Positions 47,418-57,599 of a stretch of DNA of 64,000 bases are shown here, in pieces. The notes beneath the pieces were generated by a model, which had not been told where the DNA came from, ran no database searches, and saw nothing but the letters and a program-made list of their open reading frames with translations. A program made the translations under genes and the position numbers. Source of the stretch: an uncultured virus (IMG/VR IMGVR_UViG_3300030109_002855) (taxonomy: Duplodnaviria; Heunggongvirae; Uroviricota; Caudoviricetes). Location of the stretch: the IMG/VR virus record IMGVR_UViG_3300030109_002855, positions 1 to 64,000 of that record; one strand, given 5' to 3'. Positions within the stretch are counted from its first letter, which is position 1. Each line of letters starts with the position of its first letter.

Positions 47418-49121
47418 ATGATAATTAGTGAAACAACAGAAGGAATATACACAGCATGGCGAGATGATACGGGTAAAAGGGAACGATGTATCACTCCCCA
47501 CTCTGTTTTTAGACCATATTTCTATATTTTAGCAAGTGATTCTAAACCTGAGAATATTATTAGTAGAGATAAATGGGGTAATAGTAAAGTATTAACTGTA
47601 TCTTATGAAGAAAGTCCAGCATATAAAAATCTACAAAACTTACCTTTAACTAGAGTTTACTGTAAAAACCCTCAAGAGATGAGGAAGGTAAAGGATGAGT
47701 TTACTACTACTTTTGAAGCAGACGTAAGATATACACATAGATATGCTGTTGATGTATTTAGCAAGGATAATAGTGAAGCGATACGTGCTTTTGGTGAAAA
47801 AGGATTTCCTGAATATGATTTAAGAAAGTGTTATTGGGATATGGAATGGATGCAAGGTGGAGAATATGATGGAGATATAACTTGTATAGTTATGTACGAT
47901 AATTTTGAAAAGAAGTTTTATAGATATAGTTGGTTTCCTACGAAAAGAAACTTAAGTGAAAATACTGTAAGAGAAGATACAGAAGAGTTTGTTTTTGATA
48001 ATGAGAAAGCAATGATACTTTATTTCCTAACAGTAATAAATAAACAAGACCCTGATATGTTAATATCTTGGTTTGGTAACAGATTCGACTTACCTAAGTT
48101 ATTAGAAAGATGTGCTGCACTTAATCTAGATGCTAGGCTATTATCACCTGTTTGGGAAGTTGATGGATTTAAGAATAATAAGAATAGTTATTCTTTTAAC
48201 AGAGATTTCTTTGGTCCTATCGAGCAACCTATTAAAGGTAGAATAACTTTAAGTTTGGATGTAGCATTTGAAAGACAATGGAATGATGCTCAACGTGGTA
48301 CTCTTCCTTCACTATCATTAGATTATGTATCAAACCTAGTTCTAGGTTCTAAGAAATTGGTTAGTGAAAAGTTTCCCGATAAGCAAGAGTTCTTTAGAAG
48401 AGGTTGGTTAGAAGATTCTGATACCTATTTGCAGTATGCCTTAATAGATGTTGAACTAATTAAAGAGTTAGATGAAACAAACTATTTGTCAGAAGCAGTA
48501 TTGTCATTACAGCGTTTAATCAAAGCCCCGTTTAATGCATGTTTTTATGCAAGTAATATGGGAGGAATATATTTTATGCGTAATGCTTGGTGGAAAGCAC
48601 CATCATCAACTGATGGAGTCAAGATTAACTACGAAGGTGCAATGATATATGACCCGTTGAAAGAAGGTACTAATGGTTTACATCAAGGTGTGGCAGCATT
48701 TGATTATGCACAACTATATCCATCAATGATGATAGCGCGTAATATATCTTGGGAAACTAAATCAGATGTTCCAACAGAATTTGCTGTAAACATTTCTACT
48801 CCTAGAGATTTCTCACCTGCTAAAACTAAAACAATGTTATATTACAAGACTGATGAATTAGGAATATTACCTAAATCAGTTTTAGAATTAAAAGCATTGA
48901 GAGATGAGTACAAAAAGAAAATGAAAGAAGCGACAACTAAAGATGATAAGGTTAAATGGAATAACAATCAGTTAGCAGTAAAGCGATTGATGGCGAGTTT
49001 CTATGGTATCATCGGGTATCAGGGTTTTGGTTGGTCTGATGTAGATATAGCCGCTAGTATTACTGCTAGTGCAAGACAAGCAATTAGATATGCTGCATTA
49101 AAAGTGGAGGGATTAGAATAG
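47418..49121 (+). CDS. polB: Family B DNA polymerase, N-terminal part (exonuclease plus motifs A and B)
   Basis: WDMEW, WFGNRFDL, YALID, FDYAQLYPS and KRLMASFYG motifs. Confidence 0.93.
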   Translation: MIISETTEGIYTAWRDDTGKRERCITPHSVFRPYFYILASDSKPENIISRDKWGNSKVLTVSYEESPAYKNLQNLPLTRVYCKNPQEMRKVKDEFTTTFEADVRYTHRYAVDVFSKDNSEAIRAFGEKGFPEYDLRKCYWDMEWMQGGEYDGDITCIVMYDNFEKKFYRYSWFPTKRNLSENTVREDTEEFVFDNEKAMILYFLTVINKQDPDMLISWFGNRFDLPKLLERCAALNLDARLLSPVWEVDGFKNNKNSYSFNRDFFGPIEQPIKGRITLSLDVAFERQWNDAQRGTLPSLSLDYVSNLVLGSKKLVSEKFPDKQEFFRRGWLEDSDTYLQYALIDVELIKELDETNYLSEAVLSLQRLIKAPFNACFYASNMGGIYFMRNAWWKAPSSTDGVKINYEGAMIYDPLKEGTNGLHQGVAAFDYAQLYPSMMIARNISWETKSDVPTEFAVNISTPRDFSPAKTKTMLYYKTDELGILPKSVLELKALRDEYKKKMKEATTKDDKVKWNNNQLAVKRLMASFYGIIGYQGFGWSDVDIAASITASARQAIRYAALKVEGLE

Positions 49122-49429
49122 GTAAAATAATATTTATTAGTAAAATATTTAAATGTAAATTGTGTAAGTTTCATAAAACGGATAATGCATTTACATTAGA
49201 AGAAGGCGGCATATGTTGTGAAGAATGTTGGGGTAATATGAATGAGAAATAGATTGATATGTAGATGGTGCAAAGCCAAAGTAACTTGGAAGCATGATAG
49301 ACGAAGACGATGTGACAGTTGTAAGGAATGATAATTATGAAAGATAAAATGTTAATAAGAATGATATATGTAATAGGTAAAATATCTACACTGATAAGTA
49401 GATTTAATAGTAGTAGGTGGAGAAAATGA
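49118..49429 (+). CDS. Three coupled micro-ORFs between the polB halves (49118-49252, 49242-49331, 49328-49429)
   Basis: Two are CxxC...CxxC Zn fingers; overlapping start and stop codons; the first lacks an ATG (possible ATA start). Confidence 0.55.
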
Positions 49430-50334
49430 AAGTAGTTTACGGTCATACTGATTCTATTTATGTTAAGTGTGAAAGTATTGAGAAAGGAGAAGAGATTTGT
49501 GCTATGTTGAATGAGTCTGTAAGAGAATATTTTCCTAATATTTTAGGGTTAAAAGAACATCCTGTAACACTAGAGTTTGAAAAGTATTTTGAAACACTAG
49601 GAGTCGGTGCAACAAAGAACAGAAATGCAGGAATGATTTCTTGGAAAGATGGTGATTTCTTAGATAATAAAGAGTTTGTTATGACAGGCTTTACCGCTAA
49701 AAGAATATCAGAAACGGCACTTGCTAAAGAGGTACAAATAAAGGTTTTGAAAATGTGGGTAATGAACAACTCAGAAGAAGAAATACTAGATTATTTAGTA
49801 TCTATTTACCAAGATACTTTACAAGGTAGATTAACACTTGATAAAATATTAAAGCGTAGTAGATACAAAGAAGAAAGATTTCATGTATATTGTACAGTTT
49901 GTAAAAAATCATATCATTTAGAGGATGTTAAATGTAGATGTACTTTACCTGCTACAAAAAAATCAGCATTAACCACTGCTATGAAAAGCGGTAAAGGTTG
50001 GAAATCAGCAGGTAAAAGACCCACTGTTGGCTCAGGAATATTAGGAGTATTGATGTATAATAAAACTAACACTACGCCAATAGAAGATACTTACTTGTAT
50101 CTTAAAATGAAAGACTATCCATCTATGATTAATCACCCAATAACAGGGAACTCATTTGTTCCTAATTATATGGCGGGATTAACAGAAGAGGATTTTAAAA
50201 CAATTACACCTGATTGGGAACATTATGCTCAATCAGTTGTTAAAAAAGCAAGCCCAATATTTGATGCTATGGATTGGGATACATCTAAAATAACAAAAGA
50301 TGTACATCAAAGAACACTAGATGAATGGTGGTAA
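49426..50334 (+). CDS. polB: Family B DNA polymerase, C-terminal part (motif C, thumb)
   Basis: VVYGHTDS, LEFEK and KNRNAG motifs; Zn insert CTVC..CRC; PIP-like QRTLDEWW. Confidence 0.92.
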   Translation: MKVVYGHTDSIYVKCESIEKGEEICAMLNESVREYFPNILGLKEHPVTLEFEKYFETLGVGATKNRNAGMISWKDGDFLDNKEFVMTGFTAKRISETALAKEVQIKVLKMWVMNNSEEEILDYLVSIYQDTLQGRLTLDKILKRSRYKEERFHVYCTVCKKSYHLEDVKCRCTLPATKKSALTTAMKSGKGWKSAGKRPTVGSGILGVLMYNKTNTTPIEDTYLYLKMKDYPSMINHPITGNSFVPNYMAGLTEEDFKTITPDWEHYAQSVVKKASPIFDAMDWDTSKITKDVHQRTLDEWW

Positions 50335-51218
50335 AAAATATGAATGAATACACATACCAATGGAATGCAGAACAATATGAAGACAGTGAAGACAGAACAG
50401 AACCAATATTGAAGATTTCTAAATCTTCTTTAGGTTCTTTTCAATGGTGTCCTCAAAGATATGAATATCAGTATCCACTAAGGATGCCGATAGACCAAAC
50501 CGATGTAATGAGAAAAGGTAGCATAATACATAATGCTAGAGAAGATTGGTTCAAAGATGTAGATATCAAAAAGGCTGAAACACTATCAGGTGATGAACTT
50601 GCTAGTTATTTTTTGAGTGTATATCCTATTGATGATTATAGTGATATGTATCAAATAATGGCTATTGATGATGCTAACAGATTTATGGATTCTAAGATGG
50701 AAGAGAAAGTAGAAGAGTTCTTGCCTGTTGTTAATGAGATAATGTTAGATGCTGAAATAGTAATACCTAGAGATATCATGGGTGATAAGTTCACACTTGC
50801 ACACGATTATGTTGTACACTTACAAGGTATTATTGATAGAATGTATGTAGAGGATGGGGGCTATATTCCTATGGAATTAAAAACAGGTGGTTGGAAAGAC
50901 TGGAAAAAGACTATGATGAGAAAAGAAATGGCATTTTACCAAATACTATTTGAAAACTGCCCTAGAGAAACTTTGTTATCACACAATATAGACCCCGATA
51001 TTAGTATGACTCATTGGGGTTGGTATTATCCTGCTTCAAATTATACTTATGTTGAAGAAGTAAAGAAGTCTAGTAAAAAAGCAGTCATGAAAGGCATAGC
51101 AAAACTATTACATTCATATGAACAAAGGGACTTTGAGGCTAAATTTTATGCAAAGACTTGTATCAATTGTAGTTTTTATGGTATATGTCCTGCTGCAACA
51201 AATGATGGGTGGAATTAA
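50325..51218 (+). CDS. Cas4/AddB-like PD-(D/E)XK nuclease with Fe-S cysteines
   Basis: WCPQRY, GIID, ELKTG and CINCSFYGIC motifs. Confidence 0.85.
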   Translation: MVVKNMNEYTYQWNAEQYEDSEDRTEPILKISKSSLGSFQWCPQRYEYQYPLRMPIDQTDVMRKGSIIHNAREDWFKDVDIKKAETLSGDELASYFLSVYPIDDYSDMYQIMAIDDANRFMDSKMEEKVEEFLPVVNEIMLDAEIVIPRDIMGDKFTLAHDYVVHLQGIIDRMYVEDGGYIPMELKTGGWKDWKKTMMRKEMAFYQILFENCPRETLLSHNIDPDISMTHWGWYYPASNYTYVEEVKKSSKKAVMKGIAKLLHSYEQRDFEAKFYAKTCINCSFYGICPAATNDGWN

Positions 51219-51425
51219 AATGAATGTAGATGAAAGAATAAAGATGATTTGGTTAGAGTCCTGTGGAACAGGAAATACAAGGTCTTTGGAGGATTGGTTA
51301 AATGAAATGGAAAGAATATTTTAGAAGAAAGAAAGAATATAAAGAGAGGAATAAAAAATGAAAATAATAGATATATTTTATAATCAGGGTAGTATGTATT
51401 ATCCTAAAAGAAAAGGTGATGTTAA

Positions 51426-51782
51426 ATGAGAGATTTAAGATATCCACCGGATAATCAAAATGCTAAAGAAGATAATTGTCCTATATGTAGTATTCCTTTG
51501 AGAGATGATGCAAATTATCAAGCAAGAGAGGCTGTATCAAGATTTGATAATACTACTATGGTTTGTTGCCATTGTGGTAATGCAGAAGCAGTAGGTCACA
51601 TAATGGCTGGTACATTAACAAAACACATGGTTGCTTTCTTACTCAAGGCTAATTCAAGTGGATTAACTGATTGGGAATGGCACGTTATGATAACATTACT
51701 TCGTAGAGGTTCAATGTTAGGTTATGCACATCAAGGAGATATGCTTAGGAAAAAAATGATTAAAAAAATGGAGGAAGAGTAA
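51426..51782 (+). CDS. Zn-finger protein
   Basis: CPIC...AVSRFDN...CCHCG..EA. Confidence 0.7.
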   Translation: MRDLRYPPDNQNAKEDNCPICSIPLRDDANYQAREAVSRFDNTTMVCCHCGNAEAVGHIMAGTLTKHMVAFLLKANSSGLTDWEWHVMITLLRRGSMLGYAHQGDMLRKKMIKKMEEE

Positions 51783-51980
51783 ATGAATAAAACATATTTT
51801 ACAATAGCATTTAGATATACAACAGATAGTAATGACCCCTGTAATCCACCGCCTCATTTTGAAGAAAGATTAGCAATGGTTATGAGTATTTTACATGAGA
51901 AAGGATTTGCTATGGATGTAATTTACGGTCAGGCTACTGATAAAACATTCACTAAATTAGATGAGGAGATGCACAAATGA
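51783..51980 (+). CDS. Small hypothetical protein
   Basis: ORF track. Confidence 0.55.
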   Translation: MNKTYFTIAFRYTTDSNDPCNPPPHFEERLAMVMSILHEKGFAMDVIYGQATDKTFTKLDEEMHK

Positions 51981-52357
51981 AAATGCAAGATAGAGTGGAA
52001 CAAATATTAAGTTCTAAGAATTGGACTTTTGCAGATTTGACTAACATGAGTCAATTGGTAAAAGATTTTTCAGAAGATATATATGGTCAATTAGATGCTA
52101 AAGAAAAACTAACTATTGTATGGGAAAAAGACATAACTGATATACAATCGTTTGGAAGTTTTTTTCAGAACCTAGTAATAGAAGAAATACAAATACAAGT
52201 AGCAAGTACATTGCAAGAACAATTACTTAAAGCAAATGTAAACTTTAGTAATAATAAAAATAAGGAGGAAATTGGAAATGAAATACCCGAAGGAAGTATG
52301 GGCGGGAAGCCATCTGAAAAACGCAAGACAGATGAAGCGGCACATAGTGAAGAATAA
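51977..52357 (+). CDS. Hypothetical protein
   Basis: ATGA-coupled ORF. Confidence 0.65.
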   Translation: MKMQDRVEQILSSKNWTFADLTNMSQLVKDFSEDIYGQLDAKEKLTIVWEKDITDIQSFGSFFQNLVIEEIQIQVASTLQEQLLKANVNFSNNKNKEEIGNEIPEGSMGGKPSEKRKTDEAAHSEE

Positions 52358-53306
52358 AAATGAAATGATAGAGTGGATTAATCAGTATAATGGTAAGATG
52401 AATTGCTATTATACTATCTACGATTTTACGTTCTTTTCTGAAAAGGAAAAGATAGAATCTTCTGTAATCAAAGATAGAGCATTTTTAGATTTAGATGCTC
52501 ATGGAGATATGCCCCTCAGTAGAGCATACTTCGATTTACAACTCTTAGCAAGAAAGTTTTTAAAACAAGATATATTATTTCAAATGTATTTTAGTGGTAA
52601 AGGGTTTCATGTTATTGTACACGGTGAGATTGCTAATGATATAAGACAAATCCAATCTTGGTATAGACAAACTAAGAATCATGATGGATTTGTTTTAGAG
52701 TCTTTAGATGATAGCGGAATACAAACTAACAGATTAAGGAGAATACCAAATACAGTTAACTTGAGTAGTAGTGATGAGAATGGTGAGCCGTATTTCTGTA
52801 TTCCTATCTTAAAAGAGGATTTAGATAGACCGTTAGAGTATATTACTGAATTAGCAAAAAAGCCTAGATACATCCAAAGTAAATACGGACACAAACTAAC
52901 AAAGTGGCCTGATGTTAAACCATTTGAAATGTCCGATATAGAAGTTGAAGCAGTTAGACCAATTGGTAATTTACCAATATTACCTTGTTTACACAATGCT
53001 ATAATGGTTCAAAATCCGGGGCATTACGCTAGAGTATATCTAGTTCAATGGTATAGGGACATACTAACTATGGGAAATAAGAATCTTTCTTTAGATGATA
53101 AAAAAAGAGTAGCGAAAACTATTATGGATGAACTAACTAAAATAGCAGAAAAAGATGATATATGGTTAGATTGGAATGCTAATAAGACTAAAAACTATGT
53201 ATGGGGTATAGTAAATAAAGGGTACAATGCACCTAGTTGTTATAATGTACTAATCCCTGACGGTTATTGTATCGGCAAATGTTGGAGGTATCACGATGTC
53301 AACTGA
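52272..53306 (+). CDS. priS: Archaeo-eukaryotic primase, PriS catalytic domain fused to a PriL-like Fe-S domain
   Basis: FLDLD, SGKGFH and RRIPNT motifs; C-terminal LPCL...SC...C...C. Confidence 0.88.
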   Translation: MEMKYPKEVWAGSHLKNARQMKRHIVKNKNEMIEWINQYNGKMNCYYTIYDFTFFSEKEKIESSVIKDRAFLDLDAHGDMPLSRAYFDLQLLARKFLKQDILFQMYFSGKGFHVIVHGEIANDIRQIQSWYRQTKNHDGFVLESLDDSGIQTNRLRRIPNTVNLSSSDENGEPYFCIPILKEDLDRPLEYITELAKKPRYIQSKYGHKLTKWPDVKPFEMSDIEVEAVRPIGNLPILPCLHNAIMVQNPGHYARVYLVQWYRDILTMGNKNLSLDDKKRVAKTIMDELTKIAEKDDIWLDWNANKTKNYVWGIVNKGYNAPSCYNVLIPDGYCIGKCWRYHDVN

Positions 53307-53414
53307 TGAAAGAATAAATAGAATATGGAAACTAGATGAAAATGGTGGAATATCAGAAGAGTATCTTAAGGAAATAAAAAAGATTCAGAAATCAATAGGT
53401 GCGGAGGAAGAGGA

Positions 53415-54107
53415 ATGAAATTGATAATTGATAGTAGAGAAAATTCTTCTTTAACTGAGTGTGTTGAAATAGAAGCACTTGGACTTAAGATTGATACTCA
53501 AAAAGAGTGGTTAGAAATAGGAGATTATGTCTTTGATGATGTTTGTTTTGAAGCAAAATCTTCATTTGATTTCTTACAGTCTGTAATAAATAAAAGAATT
53601 TGGAGTCAAATTGACAACATGGATAGGGCATTTGAAAATAATAATGTGATTATTTATGGAAGTCTTGACAAGGCTATCAAAGAATATCGTAAAAGAGTAA
53701 CCGATGGTACTTATGGAAGACCTAGTTTTTTACATAACAAGTTCATGGGTGCAATAGGTAAAATAATATTAGATACTGATTGTAATATTATATTAGTAGA
53801 TAACGAAAAAATGGCGGCTAAAGTTATATGTGCTGTATGCAAAATGAAGCCAATTGATAGGTCTGTATATCAGCCTAGAATAATAAAACAAAAGAAAATC
53901 AGCACAGCAGATTTGCGTATAGACGTATTGATGACTATAAAAGGTATCAGTGAAACAAAAGCACAAATGTTAATTGATGAATATGGTTCAATAATGGAGA
54001 TAGGTGAATCAACTATCAAAGAAATATCTATGATAGATGGTTTTGGTAGTACATTAGCAAGAAGAGTAATAGACACTCTTAACTCTGAAGAAAAACAGGT
54101 GATATAA
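53415..54107 (+). CDS. ERCC4/XPF (Hef-like) nuclease with HhH motifs
   Basis: IDSRE, GDY, EAKS..DF; IKGIS and IDGFG HhH. Confidence 0.88.
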   Translation: MKLIIDSRENSSLTECVEIEALGLKIDTQKEWLEIGDYVFDDVCFEAKSSFDFLQSVINKRIWSQIDNMDRAFENNNVIIYGSLDKAIKEYRKRVTDGTYGRPSFLHNKFMGAIGKIILDTDCNIILVDNEKMAAKVICAVCKMKPIDRSVYQPRIIKQKKISTADLRIDVLMTIKGISETKAQMLIDEYGSIMEIGESTIKEISMIDGFGSTLARRVIDTLNSEEKQVI

Positions 54108-54109
54108 AA

Positions 54110-55582
54110 ATGGAAAATGTAAAGAATATGAAAATAGAAAATGAAGAAGATAGTGTGTATTATGGTTTTATTGAAGACGATAATATGGATAGGAGTGAAA
54201 GCCATAGGGTTAGATTACCTACGTTTATACAAGAATATGTAGCAAATGCAGTTCAAGTATCAAAGTATAATAATATCCCTGCTGCACTTACTGCATTTAA
54301 TTTATTAGGACAATTATGTAAAGATAAGGTGGTGATAGTTAGAGGTCAAGGCAGAGAAGATACTAGAGTTCCAGTATTGTGGTTACAAACTTCAGGTACA
54401 GGTAAGTCTGAAATGTACAATTTCTATGGGCCTATATCTAGAAAAACCTTTGAGATTTTAAATGAAAAGCATGGTACTAATTTTACTATTTTTGATGTAA
54501 CAGAAACAACAGATGCAGCATTAATAGGTTCTATGAAACAAGAACAAGAAATTGTTGAAGATGAAGATGGTAATACTCGTACTGTCTATGTAGATGTTCA
54601 GACTAAAGGTGCATTTGAAGGAGATGGCCTTATTGTTTATGATGAGTTTGAGTATTCAGGTGTCTTTAAACAGTCTCAACATAAAGAGAATATTATTTTA
54701 TATTTGAATAAGTTGATGAACAGTATTCACGGTGAAAACTACATAATTAAAAAGAAATTAAAAGATGGTGATGAAAATATTATTTGTGATAGTAAGCGTT
54801 CTCCTTATGCTACTTCTTATATTCCTAAAGGGTTGACAACAGTTATTGCGGAAAAAGGAGTACTACAAAGAATGTTAATATTCATTTGGGAAGTACCACC
54901 TGAAATACAAGATGAAATAAGGAAATCAGTAATAATGGAAGTAGGTAAAGAAGTTAATAGGATTGCACCTGTTAACAAGTTTGCAAATGGGTTTGTTAAA
55001 ATTTATGAAACTTTAGATGAAAGATTTAAAGAAGTAAATGAAAATCCTAAAGAAGTTGTTAGTATTTCGGAAGATTATACTGATGCATTAATGCGTGAAT
55101 ATGAAAACATGAAAGCATATGTGGCAGATAGTAGACCTGAAGTATTTGAAATTGCAAATAATTTTATCACTAGAATGAACAACCAAATAATTAGAATGTC
55201 AGTATTATGCTGTATAGCAGAAGCCCCAAGTATTAGTGATAAATCTAAAAGGTATATTGTGAATAGTAACCACGTTTTACAAGCATCTTCATTAGTCCGT
55301 CAATGTTATAAGAGTCTCGTATCGTGGTTAGATGTAGCCCTAAAGGTGCAAAAGGAGACTCTGCAAGAAAGAGCCAATATCGGTGCGTTCAAAGAATCGT
55401 ATTTAGAACTAAAAGATAGTGACGGTTGGGTAAATAAAACAATGCTACTAGCGGAAGTACGTGTAAAAACAAGAAAAGGTAGTAGCACAATTTACAAATG
55501 GTGGAGAAAAATTGAAGATAATTTTGAAGAGAACCGAGTGCATAAGAAAGTCTACGTTAAACTAAAGGAGGAAAAGAAATGA
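54110..55582 (+). CDS. AAA+ ATPase, putative MCM-related replicative helicase
   Basis: TSGTGKS, TDAALIG, YDEF and LQRM arginine finger; C-terminal wHTH. Confidence 0.7.
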   Translation: MENVKNMKIENEEDSVYYGFIEDDNMDRSESHRVRLPTFIQEYVANAVQVSKYNNIPAALTAFNLLGQLCKDKVVIVRGQGREDTRVPVLWLQTSGTGKSEMYNFYGPISRKTFEILNEKHGTNFTIFDVTETTDAALIGSMKQEQEIVEDEDGNTRTVYVDVQTKGAFEGDGLIVYDEFEYSGVFKQSQHKENIILYLNKLMNSIHGENYIIKKKLKDGDENIICDSKRSPYATSYIPKGLTTVIAEKGVLQRMLIFIWEVPPEIQDEIRKSVIMEVGKEVNRIAPVNKFANGFVKIYETLDERFKEVNENPKEVVSISEDYTDALMREYENMKAYVADSRPEVFEIANNFITRMNNQIIRMSVLCCIAEAPSISDKSKRYIVNSNHVLQASSLVRQCYKSLVSWLDVALKVQKETLQERANIGAFKESYLELKDSDGWVNKTMLLAEVRVKTRKGSSTIYKWWRKIEDNFEENRVHKKVYVKLKEEKK

Positions 55583-55857
55583 AAACAATGAAAGAAATAA
55601 AAGAATTTACCTTTGAGGATTTAGAACTATACTATTTCCTACAAAAGTCATTTAATGAATTGAAAAAATTTGTTGATTTAATTAAAGGTAGAGATAAAGA
55701 TAGTGAGGAGTATTTGTATGGTAGGTATTATTTAATGCCTCACAGCGAAAGAAAGGTTGTAGATGGTGTAATCAGTCGTGCTAAAAAATGTACTCATCAT
55801 GACAATGTTTATGCAGCAATGTCCGTTCTAAGTGATGCGATACACTCAACGGAGTAA
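55579..55857 (+). CDS. Hypothetical protein
   Basis: ATGA-coupled ORF. Confidence 0.6.
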   Translation: MKTMKEIKEFTFEDLELYYFLQKSFNELKKFVDLIKGRDKDSEEYLYGRYYLMPHSERKVVDGVISRAKKCTHHDNVYAAMSVLSDAIHSTE

Positions 55858-55867
55858 GTGAAAAACT

Positions 55868-56107
55868 ATGCGAAAATATGAAACCCAATACATTATATTT
55901 GATGTAAAGGATGGCCCTAAAACTATAACTGAGTCAATCAATACTCTAGGAAAAGAAGGTTGGTGGCCTAGTTCGATGCTACCTGTTGGAGGTAGTAAAC
56001 TATGTCTTTGGCTTACAAAAGATATATCATCTAAATCTCCTGACCCCGCAGAAGCGGAAAAGAGTAGACTATCTGAATTATGGTCTGATATTACAGGTGA
56101 TGATTGA
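55868..56107 (+). CDS. Small protein (DUF4177-like)
   Basis: KYE...INTLGKEGW pattern. Confidence 0.55.
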   Translation: MRKYETQYIIFDVKDGPKTITESINTLGKEGWWPSSMLPVGGSKLCLWLTKDISSKSPDPAEAEKSRLSELWSDITGDD

Positions 56108-56700
56108 TGAGTGTTCTAGCATTAGACATAGAAACTAAAAACTTATCTCATGAAATCGGTGGTTGGCATAATACTCATATGTTTAAAGTGTCAACAATTT
56201 GTACATGGGATGGAGATATAGGAACAATTTATATTGATAAAGCAGTAGATGATTTAAAAAAATCTAATGTACAAATTAAACCAATATCACAACTAAAGTT
56301 TGATTTAGATGACCATTTTGAAAAGGGTGGAACTTTATTAGGACACAATATTGTAGGATTTGATTTAAAAGTCTTAAAGGATGCTTTAGATATTTACTGC
56401 ATTAAAAAATATTTAGATAATAAAGCATACATAGATACTAGTCTTTATCTTCAAAAAGAATATGGTGAAAGAATTAGATTAGATAATTTAGCACAAAATA
56501 CATTAGGCTCGGAAAAACTAATGGATAGTGCTGATGCACCCGCAGTTTGGAAAGCAGGTAGATATTCGGAGGTTGCAGAATATTGTTTAAAGGATTGTGA
56601 GTTGGTGTATGACTTATGGAAGTATGGTCAAAAAGAAGGTGTAGTTAAATGTCTATCCTTCAACAAAGAAGAAATAATTGATTTAAAAGTGAGGTGGTAA
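56104..56700 (+). CDS. DEDD/RNase H-like 3'-5' exonuclease (YprB-like)
   Basis: LDIET, GHNIVGFDL and YCLKD motifs. Confidence 0.85.
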   Translation: MMSVLALDIETKNLSHEIGGWHNTHMFKVSTICTWDGDIGTIYIDKAVDDLKKSNVQIKPISQLKFDLDDHFEKGGTLLGHNIVGFDLKVLKDALDIYCIKKYLDNKAYIDTSLYLQKEYGERIRLDNLAQNTLGSEKLMDSADAPAVWKAGRYSEVAEYCLKDCELVYDLWKYGQKEGVVKCLSFNKEEIIDLKVRW

Positions 56701-56702
56701 TT

Positions 56703-56858
56703 ATGGATACCGTAGAAATTATGGTATGGATTATCTTCGTCGTAATAATTTCTTTATTATTTTTCGCAGCATTTGGAAATTCTAAATATTCAGAATCTTC
56801 AATAGAAGAATATATGCAGAAATTAATTGACGAGGAAAAACGTAATGACTCTCCGTGA
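56703..56858 (+). CDS. 51 aa single-pass membrane protein
   Basis: MDTVEIMVWIIFVVIISLLFFAAFG; GAGGTGG RBS. Confidence 0.65.
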   Translation: MDTVEIMVWIIFVVIISLLFFAAFGNSKYSESSIEEYMQKLIDEEKRNDSP

Positions 56859-56994
56859 GCAATGTTTCTTGTGTGGTGAATATACCATACCAAAAAGAAT
56901 ACATGGTATATACATCGGCTCTGCATCATCAATTAAAATTTGGGAATGTAGAGAATGTAAAGCCTTGTGGTCGGAAAAAACTAAAATCGATTAG
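56845..56994 (+). CDS. 49 aa Zn-ribbon microprotein
   Basis: CFLC...WECREC. Confidence 0.65.
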   Translation: MTLREQCFLCGEYTIPKRIHGIYIGSASSIKIWECRECKALWSEKTKID

Positions 56995-57013
56995 TTTATC
57001 CGGCTGCTTGGCT

Positions 57014-57066
57014 ATTTTTTTTTAATTTTTTTTTAAAATTTTAAACTTTTTAATGAATATTTTTAT
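57014..57066 (+). terminator. T-rich termination region at the convergence of the two arms
   Basis: Multiple long T tracts after the last plus-strand gene. Confidence 0.55.
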
Positions 57067-57261
57067 TCTGTTCTAAACTTTCTCGATATAAAGTTTCTAC
57101 AAGATAAATAATTTGAATACCCATAATAACAAAAAATGTATTTACATAATACATAGACAATTCTATATCATATGGTTGAGATAAAATGTGTTCTAATGTT
57201 ACCATATAACTTTCCCCAGTGTAGTTCTAACACTAGGTAGTTAATTTACATTGTGATTTTT

Positions 57262-57567
57262 TTAGCAATCTACACCGCTAGTAAAACCATCTTTGGTTTT
57301 TAAATCTTCATAACATTGTTTAATTATATTGTATTGAGTTTTAGTAGCAGATTCACTCATCAAAAATCTACCATTGAAACCACCAACAGGAGATGCATTG
57401 TCAGCATATGCTTCTGCGTTTGCATATATTTTACCATTGTATTCAATAGGGAATGTTTTATTTCCTTCTTCATCTACTTCTTTATTACATCTAGTATCGA
57501 ATATCACACATATTGCATCCCTACATAATATCCCAAAGTTTGTATTATAATCAATCTCTAAAGCCAT
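57262..57567 (-). CDS. Hypothetical tail-region protein
   Basis: Start MALEIDY after GGAGA RBS. Confidence 0.65.
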   Translation of the reverse strand: MALEIDYNTNFGILCRDAICVIFDTRCNKEVDEEGNKTFPIEYNGKIYANAEAYADNASPVGGFNGRFLMSESATKTQYNIIKQCYEDLKTKDGFTSGVDC

Positions 57568-57599
57568 CTCAATTTCTCCGTGTTCTTTCTTTTTTATAA

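Noticed and set aside
49121..49426. Self-splicing intron or split intein in polB
   Set aside because: No intein C/S...HN termini or intron core; the gap is tiled by micro-ORFs and the C-half has its own RBS
50325..51218. Cas4-like gene as evidence of a CRISPR-Cas system
   Set aside because: No other cas genes or array; solo Cas4-like nucleases are common in viral replication modules
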